Virus record (IMG/VR): IMGVR_UViG_3300048541_000245
Span: 1-63,682 of that record
Strand: one strand, 5' to 3'
Length of the DNA stretch: 63,682 nucleotides
Source: a virus
Taxonomy: Duplodnaviria > Caudoviricetes
Shown: positions 54,890 through 63,682 of the stretch, piece by piece
Numbering within the stretch: position 1 is the stretch's first letter
How the letters are laid out: each line of letters begins with the position of its first letter
Notes under the pieces: generated by a model
The model's database searches: none
Seen by the model: only the letters and a program-made list of their open reading frames with translations
What the model was told of the DNA's origin: nothing
Translations under genes and position numbers: made by a program

Positions 54890-55216
54890 TTAGGCAGCGG
54901 CCCAAGGTGTACCAGCACCTGTTGTTGGTGTGCGCTTTTCTGTTAGCTGATTATCTAAAGCAGTTTGGATTTCAGCGACTTTTTCATCACCACCAAGTGC
55001 AGCCTGCAGCCAAGCAATGCAGTTTGCTTCGGTCACGCTGTCATACGCAATCATGGTTTCAGCTTCAGGCTCTTCAAGGCCAATTGAGCCATATGCTCCA
55101 ACGGAATAAACGCCGTCTTCAGTTACTGCTGTCACGGTGTAATGGAGCTTGCTGATCACTCCTGTTTCAAGAAGTCTGTCGCACTGACCGATTTTCCAGG
55201 TGTACGTGTTTGCCAT
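54890..55216 (-). CDS. Tail-fibre-associated protein
   Basis: YTWKI...AYGSIGL...GTPW pattern, downstream of the fibres. Confidence 0.65.
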   Translation of the reverse strand: MANTYTWKIGQCDRLLETGVISKLHYTVTAVTEDGVYSVGAYGSIGLEEPEAETMIAYDSVTEANCIAWLQAALGGDEKVAEIQTALDNQLTEKRTPTTGAGTPWAAA

Positions 55217-55369
55217 GAAAAAAGAGCAATAAGTTCAGTATAACTTGAGCACTCACTAACAAGAGCGGAATGCCTATTAACAAGCCATCAGAACGCAAAT
55301 TACGTGACAGCTGCTACCTGCATAAGATTCCGAAAATGTAGTGCTAAATTTTAGTATTTAGCCGTTTCA

Positions 55370-55531
55370 TTATTCAGCATTCTCAGGGGTGTTGCCTTCA
55401 GATAGCCACTCTTCGTATTCTTGGCTAGCATAACAATCGACCTGTGGATCAAAAGAAGTTCTAATAGGTCCATCAATCTTGAGGACTGTTGTAACGCCAT
55501 CAAACTCAACTAAGCGGTAAGTAATTGACAT
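55370..55531 (-). CDS. Small tail fibre assembly-like protein
   Basis: QEYEEWLSEGNTPENAE*. Confidence 0.6.
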   Translation of the reverse strand: MSITYRLVEFDGVTTVLKIDGPIRTSFDPQVDCYASQEYEEWLSEGNTPENAE

Positions 55532-55533
55532 GA

Positions 55534-56712
55534 TCAAAGCTCCGAATCAATTGCTAAAAATGCACCGGGGGTTGAACTCTCCATTCGCAGGACAACTGCC
55601 TCTCCAGCAGTGAAAGGACTGCCGGTATCAGCATCAATGAAAAGTCCGCGTCCCGAATTATTGCCGCCTTCTGTATTGCTAAATAAGCTTACACCTACAT
55701 TTGCTCCTGCACGCAGCACTTCTAAATTAGATTCTGTCACAGCACCAGAATCTCTCATTTCGACAGGAAAATTCACTACAGCATAAATACGAGTGGTGCT
55801 ACTTGCAAAACCAATCGCAAGCATTGGCCGACCAGACGCCATGCCGCTGAACCTAAAATAATACCTTTGACACTTGGCAAGCTCATCGCCGTAGCTTCTG
55901 TGCTCAAACGGTGTTGCGACAGAACCGACTTCTAGCTGAACGCCAGTGATCTCAAAATAGTCATTAACCGCACCGCCGACACCTAAGTTGTTGACATTTC
56001 TGTTCGAGTCAGGGAAGCTCGTTGTTCGCCAAGCTGTCGAGACAGATCCTCCTTGAAAATCAGAACCGCTGTTTAGCCACCAAAACAATTGCAAACCCGA
56101 TTCGTTATCGTTATCAATAGAATTTAAGGTATTGCCCGGGAAAGTAATGGTTTTATACTCCCAAGTGTTTGCAGTATTGATTTGATACGTTTTAGAGAAA
56201 AACTCGCTAGTCGTGTCTGGTTTAGCAATATCACAAGACGCCGTGCCGGTTTTATTTGACTTCACCCAAAAGCTTAGAGTTACGCTTTTTGCGTTGCTTG
56301 TTCCATAGAGCAAGTGCTGAAGGTTTTGAGCTTCAACAAACTGATAGAAAAGAACGTAATCGTTAGTTGTCGGGGAGGCGTCTGCTGTCGTGCATGTCAT
56401 TTTGGCGCTAGAAGCAAACCCGTTTTCCGGCGTGCCAGAGCCTTGGTCCATAGTCCAAGTCCCTAGATTCTGCACTTGAAACGAAAATCTGTCTACAGTG
56501 CGATAGGAATTAGCCGTCGTTGAAATGCCTGTCTCTTGAGTCCCTCTCTGCGCTATCTGCATCGCACCATTGATGATCAGGTTACGATTACTCAGCGGAC
56601 CAGTGCTAGGCAGTTGTTGCCCATCAATCTGGACGTGACCGCTGTTATCGATCGCAATACCGCCATCATTTGTGGAAGTGTTCTTGATTGAATTGACTTT
56701 AATGGTGCTCAT
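55534..56712 (-). CDS. Tail fibre/carbohydrate-binding virion protein
   Basis: NRNLIINGAMQIAQRG...VQLEVGSVATPFEHRSYGDELAKCQRYY. Confidence 0.8.
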   Translation of the reverse strand: MSTIKVNSIKNTSTNDGGIAIDNSGHVQIDGQQLPSTGPLSNRNLIINGAMQIAQRGTQETGISTTANSYRTVDRFSFQVQNLGTWTMDQGSGTPENGFASSAKMTCTTADASPTTNDYVLFYQFVEAQNLQHLLYGTSNAKSVTLSFWVKSNKTGTASCDIAKPDTTSEFFSKTYQINTANTWEYKTITFPGNTLNSIDNDNESGLQLFWWLNSGSDFQGGSVSTAWRTTSFPDSNRNVNNLGVGGAVNDYFEITGVQLEVGSVATPFEHRSYGDELAKCQRYYFRFSGMASGRPMLAIGFASSTTRIYAVVNFPVEMRDSGAVTESNLEVLRAGANVGVSLFSNTEGGNNSGRGLFIDADTGSPFTAGEAVVLRMESSTPGAFLAIDSEL

Positions 56713-56714
56713 GA

Positions 56715-57338
56715 TCAAGTGTCTCCGAGACGGACAAACAAAAAGTGAGTCTGGTTTGCAATGGTTCCACCGTTCATACGGCTTTCATTGCCGTCGATAG
56801 ATGATACCGTAAATCTAATTTTATGCGTAGACGTGTTAGTTACGTCCATAAAATGCATACCAGTTGCAGCAGCTCTTTGAGCGCCCGTTCCATTGTTGCC
56901 GTCCCCAACAATTACAGCTGTGTTCCAGTTTGCACCAGAGTCTGTCGAAGCCGCTATGTTGCCAAAAACAGTATCACTGTCATCCGCAAACATATCAAAA
57001 CTGCCGACAATCAAGTATTTGCCCGTAGATGGAAAGGTAAAAACACCACCCGAAACCGACATTCCAGTGCCAATATAAGTAGCTGTAGGCTCAGCGGACC
57101 GCGCCAAGTCAGTCAATGTCCCGTTTTCTTCTTTGTTGGCAGTGAGTCTCCACAGGTCCACTTCAGTGATCGCATTAACAAAGCTCAAAGCACCAGACCC
57201 ATTAGTGCTGAGAACTTGTCCAGCCGTGCCATCAGCAGTCGGCAAAGTAAAACTTACATCCGTCCCGGATGGACTGGTATCTGCTGGAGCGTCGAGTGAA
57301 ACGCTGCCGTCAGTGCTGCCTTTAAGTTTGATGCTCAT
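56715..57338 (-). CDS. Tail fibre-related protein
   Basis: TLPTADGTAGQVLSTNGSG, GVFTFPSTGKY. Confidence 0.75.
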   Translation of the reverse strand: MSIKLKGSTDGSVSLDAPADTSPSGTDVSFTLPTADGTAGQVLSTNGSGALSFVNAITEVDLWRLTANKEENGTLTDLARSAEPTATYIGTGMSVSGGVFTFPSTGKYLIVGSFDMFADDSDTVFGNIAASTDSGANWNTAVIVGDGNNGTGAQRAAATGMHFMDVTNTSTHKIRFTVSSIDGNESRMNGGTIANQTHFLFVRLGDT

Positions 57339-57409
57339 GATGCTGCCTCCAGTGCTGCAACTTTAGTTTTAAGGGTTTCGATCTTGGTCATTGGATCAGG
57401 TCTTTGCAT
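57335..57409 (-). pseudogene. 24 aa chimeric remnant MQRPDPMTKIETLKTKVAALEAAS
   Basis: C-terminal half resembles the coiled-coil end of S74-chaperone fibre genes. Confidence 0.45.
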
Positions 57410-57434
57410 TGGTGGATTACTGCGCATTTTAAAT

Positions 57435-58649
57435 TTAATCAGTAGTTTTTAGTGCTTTAAAAGTAACACTTGACGATGATACAATGGTTGCGGTGCCGGT
57501 TGTATCTGAAATTCTTCTAATCCGGAATCTTACAGTGTTACCTGCTGCAAATTCGTGTATAAATGTCATGTTAACAAAAGTCTCGTCAGCACCACCAGTG
57601 GAACGGATGTACCCGCCTTTTGTGCTGTGAATAACGTTTGACGTGCCATTTTTGGTTGCACTTAATTCGCATGTCCAGCGGTAATTAGTCGCCGCCCCGT
57701 CAACAGTAAGTCCAATATAAACTTCATATATTCCGGCCCTGGCAAACGTATAGATCCCAGCGCTTTCTGTGGTAAGACTGTCGCTTAAGGATTGATTGTT
57801 GTCAATAACACTAATAGCTGAAAACGATGTGTTGTTGACTGATTGAGTGCCGCTTGCTATGTAGGTTTGGACTAAAGTTCTTAAATTAGTCCAGTTTGTA
57901 CCGTCATAGCCTTCATAGTATCCATGCGTTGTATTTAAACGTATCTGCCCAGCAGCTGCTGTTGGTCTTTCTGCAGTTGTTCCTACTGGAATTTGTATTG
58001 CATCTGTACCGCTAACAGCAAGTTTTACGCCTGGGCTACTCGTGCCGACGCCGAGGTCGCCGGAGCTGTCTAACTTAAAAACTGTGGTAGGGCCTTGTCT
58101 AATCTCCAATCCTCCGTCCTGATCAGCAACGAGCTCAGACACTTGGGTCTTGGTTCCGGCTGAATCTGCATTGAATTTGATTCCACCAATAAGTCCAGAC
58201 GTTTTCTCTGAGCTGATAGCTAAAGCTGTATAGGTGCTGGAGTTAAACTCCACATCACTTGTTGGGTTGCTCGTTCCGATGCCGACGAGGCCGGTCGAAG
58301 TTATACGAAGTCTTTCATTACTAAATGCAGTTCCATTTGTCTTGAAATATAAATCTCCATTATCGCCACTAATTACATAGTAGAAGTTATTGTTTCTAAG
58401 CTGTACCAAATCGCCCGCATCACTATTCCTTCTAATAGTTAATGGCGTAACGCCTGATCTTACTTCGAGTCTTGCTGACGGGCTATCCGTCCCGATGCCA
58501 ACTTGTCCCGAGCTGTCAACAGTGACGCGCTCCGTTCCGCCAGTAACTAGCTTTAGCTCATCTGTCCCGCACTGCAAGCCCGTATCAGCGTCATCGCCTG
58601 CATAAGCAGGTGCAGCAACAGAATTAGTACCGTTTAATTTAAGAGGCAT
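57435..58649 (-). CDS. Tail fibre protein
   Basis: Repeated G.VGIGT.SP units; PVGTTAERP; C1q-like C-terminus. Confidence 0.8.
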   Translation of the reverse strand: MPLKLNGTNSVAAPAYAGDDADTGLQCGTDELKLVTGGTERVTVDSSGQVGIGTDSPSARLEVRSGVTPLTIRRNSDAGDLVQLRNNNFYYVISGDNGDLYFKTNGTAFSNERLRITSTGLVGIGTSNPTSDVEFNSSTYTALAISSEKTSGLIGGIKFNADSAGTKTQVSELVADQDGGLEIRQGPTTVFKLDSSGDLGVGTSSPGVKLAVSGTDAIQIPVGTTAERPTAAAGQIRLNTTHGYYEGYDGTNWTNLRTLVQTYIASGTQSVNNTSFSAISVIDNNQSLSDSLTTESAGIYTFARAGIYEVYIGLTVDGAATNYRWTCELSATKNGTSNVIHSTKGGYIRSTGGADETFVNMTFIHEFAAGNTVRFRIRRISDTTGTATIVSSSSVTFKALKTTD

Positions 58650-58651
58650 GA

Positions 58652-60427
58652 TCAGAGAATAACGAGAATTGCGCCTGACGGCACTGTAACGGTTGCCCCA
58701 CTGTTAATTGTGGGCGACACGGTGCTTCCGTGCTTGCCAGAAGTAAGCTCATAAGATGTAGTAACAACTTGATCAGTTTCAACAACCCAAGCGTCAGAAC
58801 CGCCGCCAGTAGCACCGCCACCACCGCCGCCAACGCTTGCCCATGAGCTGCCGTCATGTCCCTCAAACTGCGTGATTGTGCTGTTAAATCGAATGTAGCC
58901 AGTCAGGTTTGCCGGTGTACCACCATCAGAAGGACGCTCGGCAGTTGTTCCATGCGGCAAGGCCACTGCATCAGTTGCATTAATATCAAGCGTGACCCCT
59001 GGACTAGTCGTACCGATGCCGACATTGCCGTTGCTTTCAATTTTAAGTACATTAGTGGATCCAGCAAAATACTCATACGCTTCGTCTGTGTAGTTCCACC
59101 TAAAGTTTGCAGCCGTTGTGCCGTCACTTTTCAGGTAAGTAATTCGCGCTTGTTGCGTATCCGCTGATGGTTGAAAGTAAAAATTAGGATTGGCTGTATC
59201 TATTTTAATTTTTCCATTGACCTCTAGTTTCTCCTGAGGAGTTGTCGTCCCGATGCCAACGTTGCCGCTGGAATCAACAACAACGCGCTGCGTTCCAGCT
59301 GTTGTAATCGCTAATTCGTTCGCTGCAGATTGAAATAAACCAGTATCAATATCGCCATTAAATAAAAGCGCGGGAGCGGCTGCTGTCCCTGCTGTTAAAT
59401 CCAACGCTTGGTTAAATGTCCAGCAATCAGTGCTATCAACCCAAGTAAGAGTTTTGTCCGTAGCACCTTTTAAAGTGATGCCGCCGCCATCGGCAGTAAC
59501 GTCTGTTGGTGTCGTGACTTTTGCAAGCTCAATATTTTTATCTTCAATAGTAAGAGTCTGTGAATCGATAGTAGTAGTCGTACCAGAAACTGTAAGATTA
59601 CCGGCAATCGTTAAGTCATCAGACCAGCTAACATCTGTGCCATCAGTAACCAGTACTTGATTGACAGTGCCATTTGCTAATTTGCTTACTGCAATTTCAG
59701 CTGTTGCCGAGATATCGGCGTCAACAATCGCAGTTTCTGCTTTAGTTTCTAATGCTTGCAGTGCATTCTTGATATCTTGGTTATCTGGAATTGTTAATCC
59801 AGTAAACGTTCCTAAATTAGTAGCATTTAAGCTGACACCTGTTAATGCAACTAATTCATTGTTAATATCGTTTGTACGTCCAGCGCCAATAATTAAAATA
59901 GTGCCATTTGAGGCATGAGATCTTGTGATTAATCCTACTTTTTGTACTTTTTCTGTTGCAGCAGTAGGTCTTGTTGTAGTTAAACCGCCAGCCGTAGAAT
60001 CAATATATACAGGGTCTCCAGCATTGCCTAGTGTGCTGGTACTAATATTTGTGAGTAGGCCGCTAATAATTACTTTGCCGTCTTCGCCATTAGTAATGGT
60101 TTCATGGATAAGACCAATTGCTGGATAAGTTCCTGACCCATCATTGTCAGCTAATGCAACAATTGGCTTGCCTGAACTATGAGTTCCGCTGACATAGACA
60201 GGTTTACCTTTTACAATATCTGAACCAGATTGATTATGTACTTCGACTAAAACATCATCATCTTCTGCTGTTACTGGGGTAAGGGTTGTGCCCTCAACCA
60301 TATAAAGTTTATTCTCATCTTTTGCGTAACAAAGCTCTCCATCAAGTAGATCAGAAAGGCTGGCAGCAATATTGCTGTAATTACCCCTAGCTAACTGAAT
60401 TTTGGCTCTATTAGCTGGGGTTGGCAT
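58652..60427 (-). CDS. Tail fibre protein
   Basis: DGELCY, GNLTVSGTTTTIDS, GNVGIGT repeats. Confidence 0.8.
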   Translation of the reverse strand: MPTPANRAKIQLARGNYSNIAASLSDLLDGELCYAKDENKLYMVEGTTLTPVTAEDDDVLVEVHNQSGSDIVKGKPVYVSGTHSSGKPIVALADNDGSGTYPAIGLIHETITNGEDGKVIISGLLTNISTSTLGNAGDPVYIDSTAGGLTTTRPTAATEKVQKVGLITRSHASNGTILIIGAGRTNDINNELVALTGVSLNATNLGTFTGLTIPDNQDIKNALQALETKAETAIVDADISATAEIAVSKLANGTVNQVLVTDGTDVSWSDDLTIAGNLTVSGTTTTIDSQTLTIEDKNIELAKVTTPTDVTADGGGITLKGATDKTLTWVDSTDCWTFNQALDLTAGTAAAPALLFNGDIDTGLFQSAANELAITTAGTQRVVVDSSGNVGIGTTTPQEKLEVNGKIKIDTANPNFYFQPSADTQQARITYLKSDGTTAANFRWNYTDEAYEYFAGSTNVLKIESNGNVGIGTTSPGVTLDINATDAVALPHGTTAERPSDGGTPANLTGYIRFNSTITQFEGHDGSSWASVGGGGGGATGGGSDAWVVETDQVVTTSYELTSGKHGSTVSPTINSGATVTVPSGAILVIL

Positions 60428-60455
60428 CGACCAAAAATTGCTAGACTAGTATTCC

Positions 60456-63362
60456 TTAAAGATTGCAAGCACTGCAATCATTGAACCTTTGCTCTAAAGC
60501 GGCAAGTCTTCCCTCAAGCGAGGTGATTTCTGCCTTTTGCTCCTGTGCAATCTTTAAAAGCAAAGGCGTAAACTCTTCGTATTGAACGCTGTCATATTCT
60601 CCAGTCTCAGGGTTTTGAGAACACAGCCTTGGATCAATTTCCGCTAGGTCTTCAGCTATAAATCCCCAATAACTATAATTAGGATTAACTCCTTCGTTCA
60701 TCCAAAGGTCAGCTTGCTCCCATTCAATTCCATTGTCTAAGCAATAAGATGAACAAGAATCTATTGTTGCCGTTTCGTCTCCAAGGCTGTCAAGGTATGC
60801 TTGCGGATAATTAAGATCTGGGATGCGGGGTCGATACCAAACAGGCTCGACCTGATCCAATATCTTGTTTGCATATTCAACCCCCATCGGTTCGATGCTG
60901 GTCTTTGTATTTCTGCTAGATGAGTGCCTGCGAAGGCGACCATTACTGTCAACTCGTACATTTGTCCCGCCGGCCTGTGTAGTGTTGTAGATACCAGGGA
61001 AATTAACGGTGTTGCCGGTCAGGTTTCCACGCCTAACGCCACCGGCAGCAAAGCCAAGGTTATCAGCTGCATTACGATATATTCCTGTATTTGTGTCATT
61101 TCCAAAGCAAAGACCAGGATCGGTTGCACTACCTGCTTTTGATCTTACCTTGGCATTCCCGTCTATTCCATAAGAAGTGCTGTCAACAAAGAATCCACTA
61201 TCTGCACGGATATATCGCGGCGTGTAGATGTTTTTATTTGTCTCCTGGTTAATTCTTAACCACGTTGTATCTTCACAGCCGATTTCACCCATACGGGTTG
61301 TATTGTTGTAAAACTGGATATGATCAGAAACATTGTTATCTGCCTTGTAAATCCGAATCTCGTGATCATTACCGCTGCCATTACCAACATCTAGACGGCC
61401 ATTAACTTGCCACTCTCCATCACAAGTGCCACCATCAACAGTTAGCGATCCGGTAATGTTTACGCCAGTGTTAGTTGTTTGCAGCTTGTTGCTGTTGTTG
61501 TAATAAAGTCTTGTCTCCGCGTTTTTTGCGTGATATACAGCCCAGTGATTATTGGTGTCGTCATACAATCCAAAAGCAGAACCATCATCGTTCTGCATGA
61601 AGACTGCTCCGTCTTCAATCGCATAACCTTTCCATCCGCCAGTTGAAGAACCAGTGACTTTGATTGTGCCGTAGTCACCTGAAGCTCTACGGATTTGAGC
61701 AGGTGTCGGAGTTGGTACTGAAGTATTGCTTATGTCAATACCATAAGTCGTGAGATCACCTGCAACTTTTCCATCATTATTGACAAAAAGCTCACCGCCA
61801 GACATGATTTGACGGCCATAAAATTTCACCGTTTCAACATCAGGGCGAATTTCCATTAAAGAGGTACTGTCAAGCGTCCCATCACTATCCGAATCGCTTA
61901 GAATGGTAAATCTATTTGCGTCGTTTTTGATGTAAAAGTCTGCGCTGGTGGCATCGTCGTCGATAAAACCCAGCAAAGGTGATGAACCTTCAATTTTCAG
62001 CTCGCATGCTGGACGTGAGCCAGTAATTTCTCCGCTTACCGTTAAACCTCGCAGAGCTGTCATCGAGCCATCGGTACCAGAAATAGTAACGTTATCTTGA
62101 CCTGGCATTGTAAATTTAATGTCGCCAGTCAACGCACCACCACTGTCGATGCTCTCAGGATTTGTGCGAAATGTGAACGTTCCATCGTTTGACATCTCCA
62201 TGTCAAGATGAGCGTCGTCACCAGCGTTGCTGTTTGTAATCCTTAAAGTAGGTGTTGAATCTTTTGAAAGATGTATATCTTTTGCTGGACTGTCAGTACC
62301 AAATCCTACCTTGCTGTCGTGCGTAATTCTTATTTGCTCTGATGTATTGCCACTGGAGGAAGTTGATATAGCAAGATCCATATTGCCGGTCGAGCCGTTC
62401 CCTGCGGTTAACGAAGCAATATTTGCGCTTTGAGTACCAAGTGCGATGAAAGAAGTGTCGTTACTTGGATCGTGTTCTCTGCTTACTTTAATCTGATCAT
62501 AAGAGGTGCCTACTGCCCTAACCTTACCCCTACAATCCAGCTTTGAATATGTTGGGCTAGTTGTACCTAAACCAATTTGACTATCTACAAACAAGTCCTG
62601 TCTTACTCTTGCATTATTTTCAACATCGAGCTTTTCATTTGGGCTTGTCCGCCCAATCCCGACATTACCGTTGCCGCCAATACGGATTCTTTCGTTTCCA
62701 CCTGCAAATAGCGCCAACGTGCCTGATATGGCTTTAATAGACGCATCATCTGGGCTGCCGTAATTTGGTGAATCGAAATTTACTTCAGATCCAGTAAAAT
62801 TATTGACGTTAAGGTAATAACTGCCCTCTTGACCATCTAAAAGATCGCTATCTAATCCTGAAGTCGCACCATCTACTGTCTTTAGCTCTGTAAGGATTTC
62901 AGAGGCAGTTCGATCAGCAGTAGCACCAGTCTCGATACCGTCGAGCTTGGTCTTGTCAGCCCCAGTCATTAAGCCAGAGTCACCACCCGCCGAAACTTCA
63001 GGTAAGGTTGCATCATTACCAGTCGATGAACCAATAACTCGGGTTGAACTTGTGTATGTTAGATCTGTCGCAGAAGCGCCACCACCAGCGGCGTTGCCAG
63101 GCTCGAATTTTTCAGTAGTAGAGTTATAAACTAAAACTTGCCCATTCGTGGGCGTGACAGTAGTTATGTCAATGTCATTTAAACTGCCAATAGATACTTG
63201 ACTGTTAGGCTCTAAAGCAACAACTTCTTCCGTTTCACCATTTATAGTTTTGAAGAATATTTTGCCGTCAGCAATATGTACACACAGCTCTCCGAGATCA
63301 ACTTGGCTAGTCGAAGGTGATGCCCCAGGAGTTTGAATACGGAGCAGCTTGATCTTAGCCAT
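60456..63362 (-). CDS. Long tail fibre with a C-terminal peptidase S74 intramolecular chaperone
   Basis: GNVGIG repeats; SSRNTKTSI...WGFIAEDL...VQYEEFTPLL...coiled coil. Confidence 0.85.
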   Translation of the reverse strand: MAKIKLLRIQTPGASPSTSQVDLGELCVHIADGKIFFKTINGETEEVVALEPNSQVSIGSLNDIDITTVTPTNGQVLVYNSTTEKFEPGNAAGGGASATDLTYTSSTRVIGSSTGNDATLPEVSAGGDSGLMTGADKTKLDGIETGATADRTASEILTELKTVDGATSGLDSDLLDGQEGSYYLNVNNFTGSEVNFDSPNYGSPDDASIKAISGTLALFAGGNERIRIGGNGNVGIGRTSPNEKLDVENNARVRQDLFVDSQIGLGTTSPTYSKLDCRGKVRAVGTSYDQIKVSREHDPSNDTSFIALGTQSANIASLTAGNGSTGNMDLAISTSSSGNTSEQIRITHDSKVGFGTDSPAKDIHLSKDSTPTLRITNSNAGDDAHLDMEMSNDGTFTFRTNPESIDSGGALTGDIKFTMPGQDNVTISGTDGSMTALRGLTVSGEITGSRPACELKIEGSSPLLGFIDDDATSADFYIKNDANRFTILSDSDSDGTLDSTSLMEIRPDVETVKFYGRQIMSGGELFVNNDGKVAGDLTTYGIDISNTSVPTPTPAQIRRASGDYGTIKVTGSSTGGWKGYAIEDGAVFMQNDDGSAFGLYDDTNNHWAVYHAKNAETRLYYNNSNKLQTTNTGVNITGSLTVDGGTCDGEWQVNGRLDVGNGSGNDHEIRIYKADNNVSDHIQFYNNTTRMGEIGCEDTTWLRINQETNKNIYTPRYIRADSGFFVDSTSYGIDGNAKVRSKAGSATDPGLCFGNDTNTGIYRNAADNLGFAAGGVRRGNLTGNTVNFPGIYNTTQAGGTNVRVDSNGRLRRHSSSRNTKTSIEPMGVEYANKILDQVEPVWYRPRIPDLNYPQAYLDSLGDETATIDSCSSYCLDNGIEWEQADLWMNEGVNPNYSYWGFIAEDLAEIDPRLCSQNPETGEYDSVQYEEFTPLLLKIAQEQKAEITSLEGRLAALEQRFNDCSACNL

Positions 63363-63423
63363 TTACTGAAGTCAGCAAGATTTATGAGCTTATCTTAGCT
63401 TAGCTCAAGTAGGCTAGTATTCC

Positions 63424-63682
63424 TTAGTCTAAGGTGCCACCATCCATCTCCAATTGTTCCATATCAATCCCCGCGTATCTATATGTTTGCGGAACAAATA
63501 ATGAGACCCAACTCGCTCCATCCCATGTCAATACCTGCCCAACCCTTGGATCAGGAATAAAAACATCTTTTAAGTCATGCAGCTTAGCTTCAGTAGCAAC
63601 AAGATCTTGCCCATCTCTTCCTGGTGGCCCTTGAAGTCCAGTCTCTCCTTTTACTCCTGCAATGCCCTGGATACCTTTTTGG
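63424..63682 (-). CDS. 3' part of the collagen-repeat gene that starts at 581
   Basis: ...GQVLTWDGASW...MDGGTLD*, stop at 63424-63426. Confidence 0.8.
   Translation of the reverse strand, partial: QKGIQGIAGVKGETGLQGPPGRDGQDLVATEAKLHDLKDVFIPDPRVGQVLTWDGASWVSLFVPQTYRYAGIDMEQLEMDGGTLD
63527..63682. repeat. Terminal direct repeat, right copy
   Basis: 156 bp match to 1-156 with one mismatch. Confidence 0.95.

Noticed and set aside
55534-63362. Diversity-generating retroelement or invertase-driven fibre switching
   Set aside because: No reverse transcriptase or recombinase recognised and no TR/VR pair seen; the similarity is protein-level GNVGIGT repeats

Overview
The window looks like a complete, circularly permuted ~63.5 kb genome of a marine cyanophage with siphovirus-type architecture. 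Positions 1-156 repeat at 63527-63682 and one gene crosses the junction. Structural genes include HK97-type capsid, scaffold, DUF4055-like portal, TerS/TerL, tail tube, a -1 frameshifted tail chaperone pair, tape measure and several tail fibres. Lysis genes are a GH73 glucosaminidase, a C39 peptidase and a holin candidate. Replication and recombination genes are an initiator with iterons, DnaB-like helicase, DnaG primase, SSB, Sak3-like annealase, RecE-like nuclease and RusA; no DNA polymerase, integrase or CI repressor was recognised. It also carries nrdJ, thyX, dcd, two sigma factors, psbA, an hli and tRNA-Leu(UAA). The most interesting signals are non-coding. (1) A pre-early-like module (~24.75-28 kb) is bracketed by seven cyanobacterial LexA-box matches and Fur-box-like sites, with mirrored base skew on both sides. 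(2) A GGNANNHTA element lies ~18-25 nt upstream of many late genes, probably the promoter of the phage SigF-like sigma. (3) GWGAW-loop hairpins sit in the portal, scaffold and capsid leaders. (4) A tandem glutamine-riboswitch-like RNA has an ORF nested inside its second aptamer, upstream of a DUF4278-like gene. All family calls are by eye from motifs and synteny; no database searches were run.
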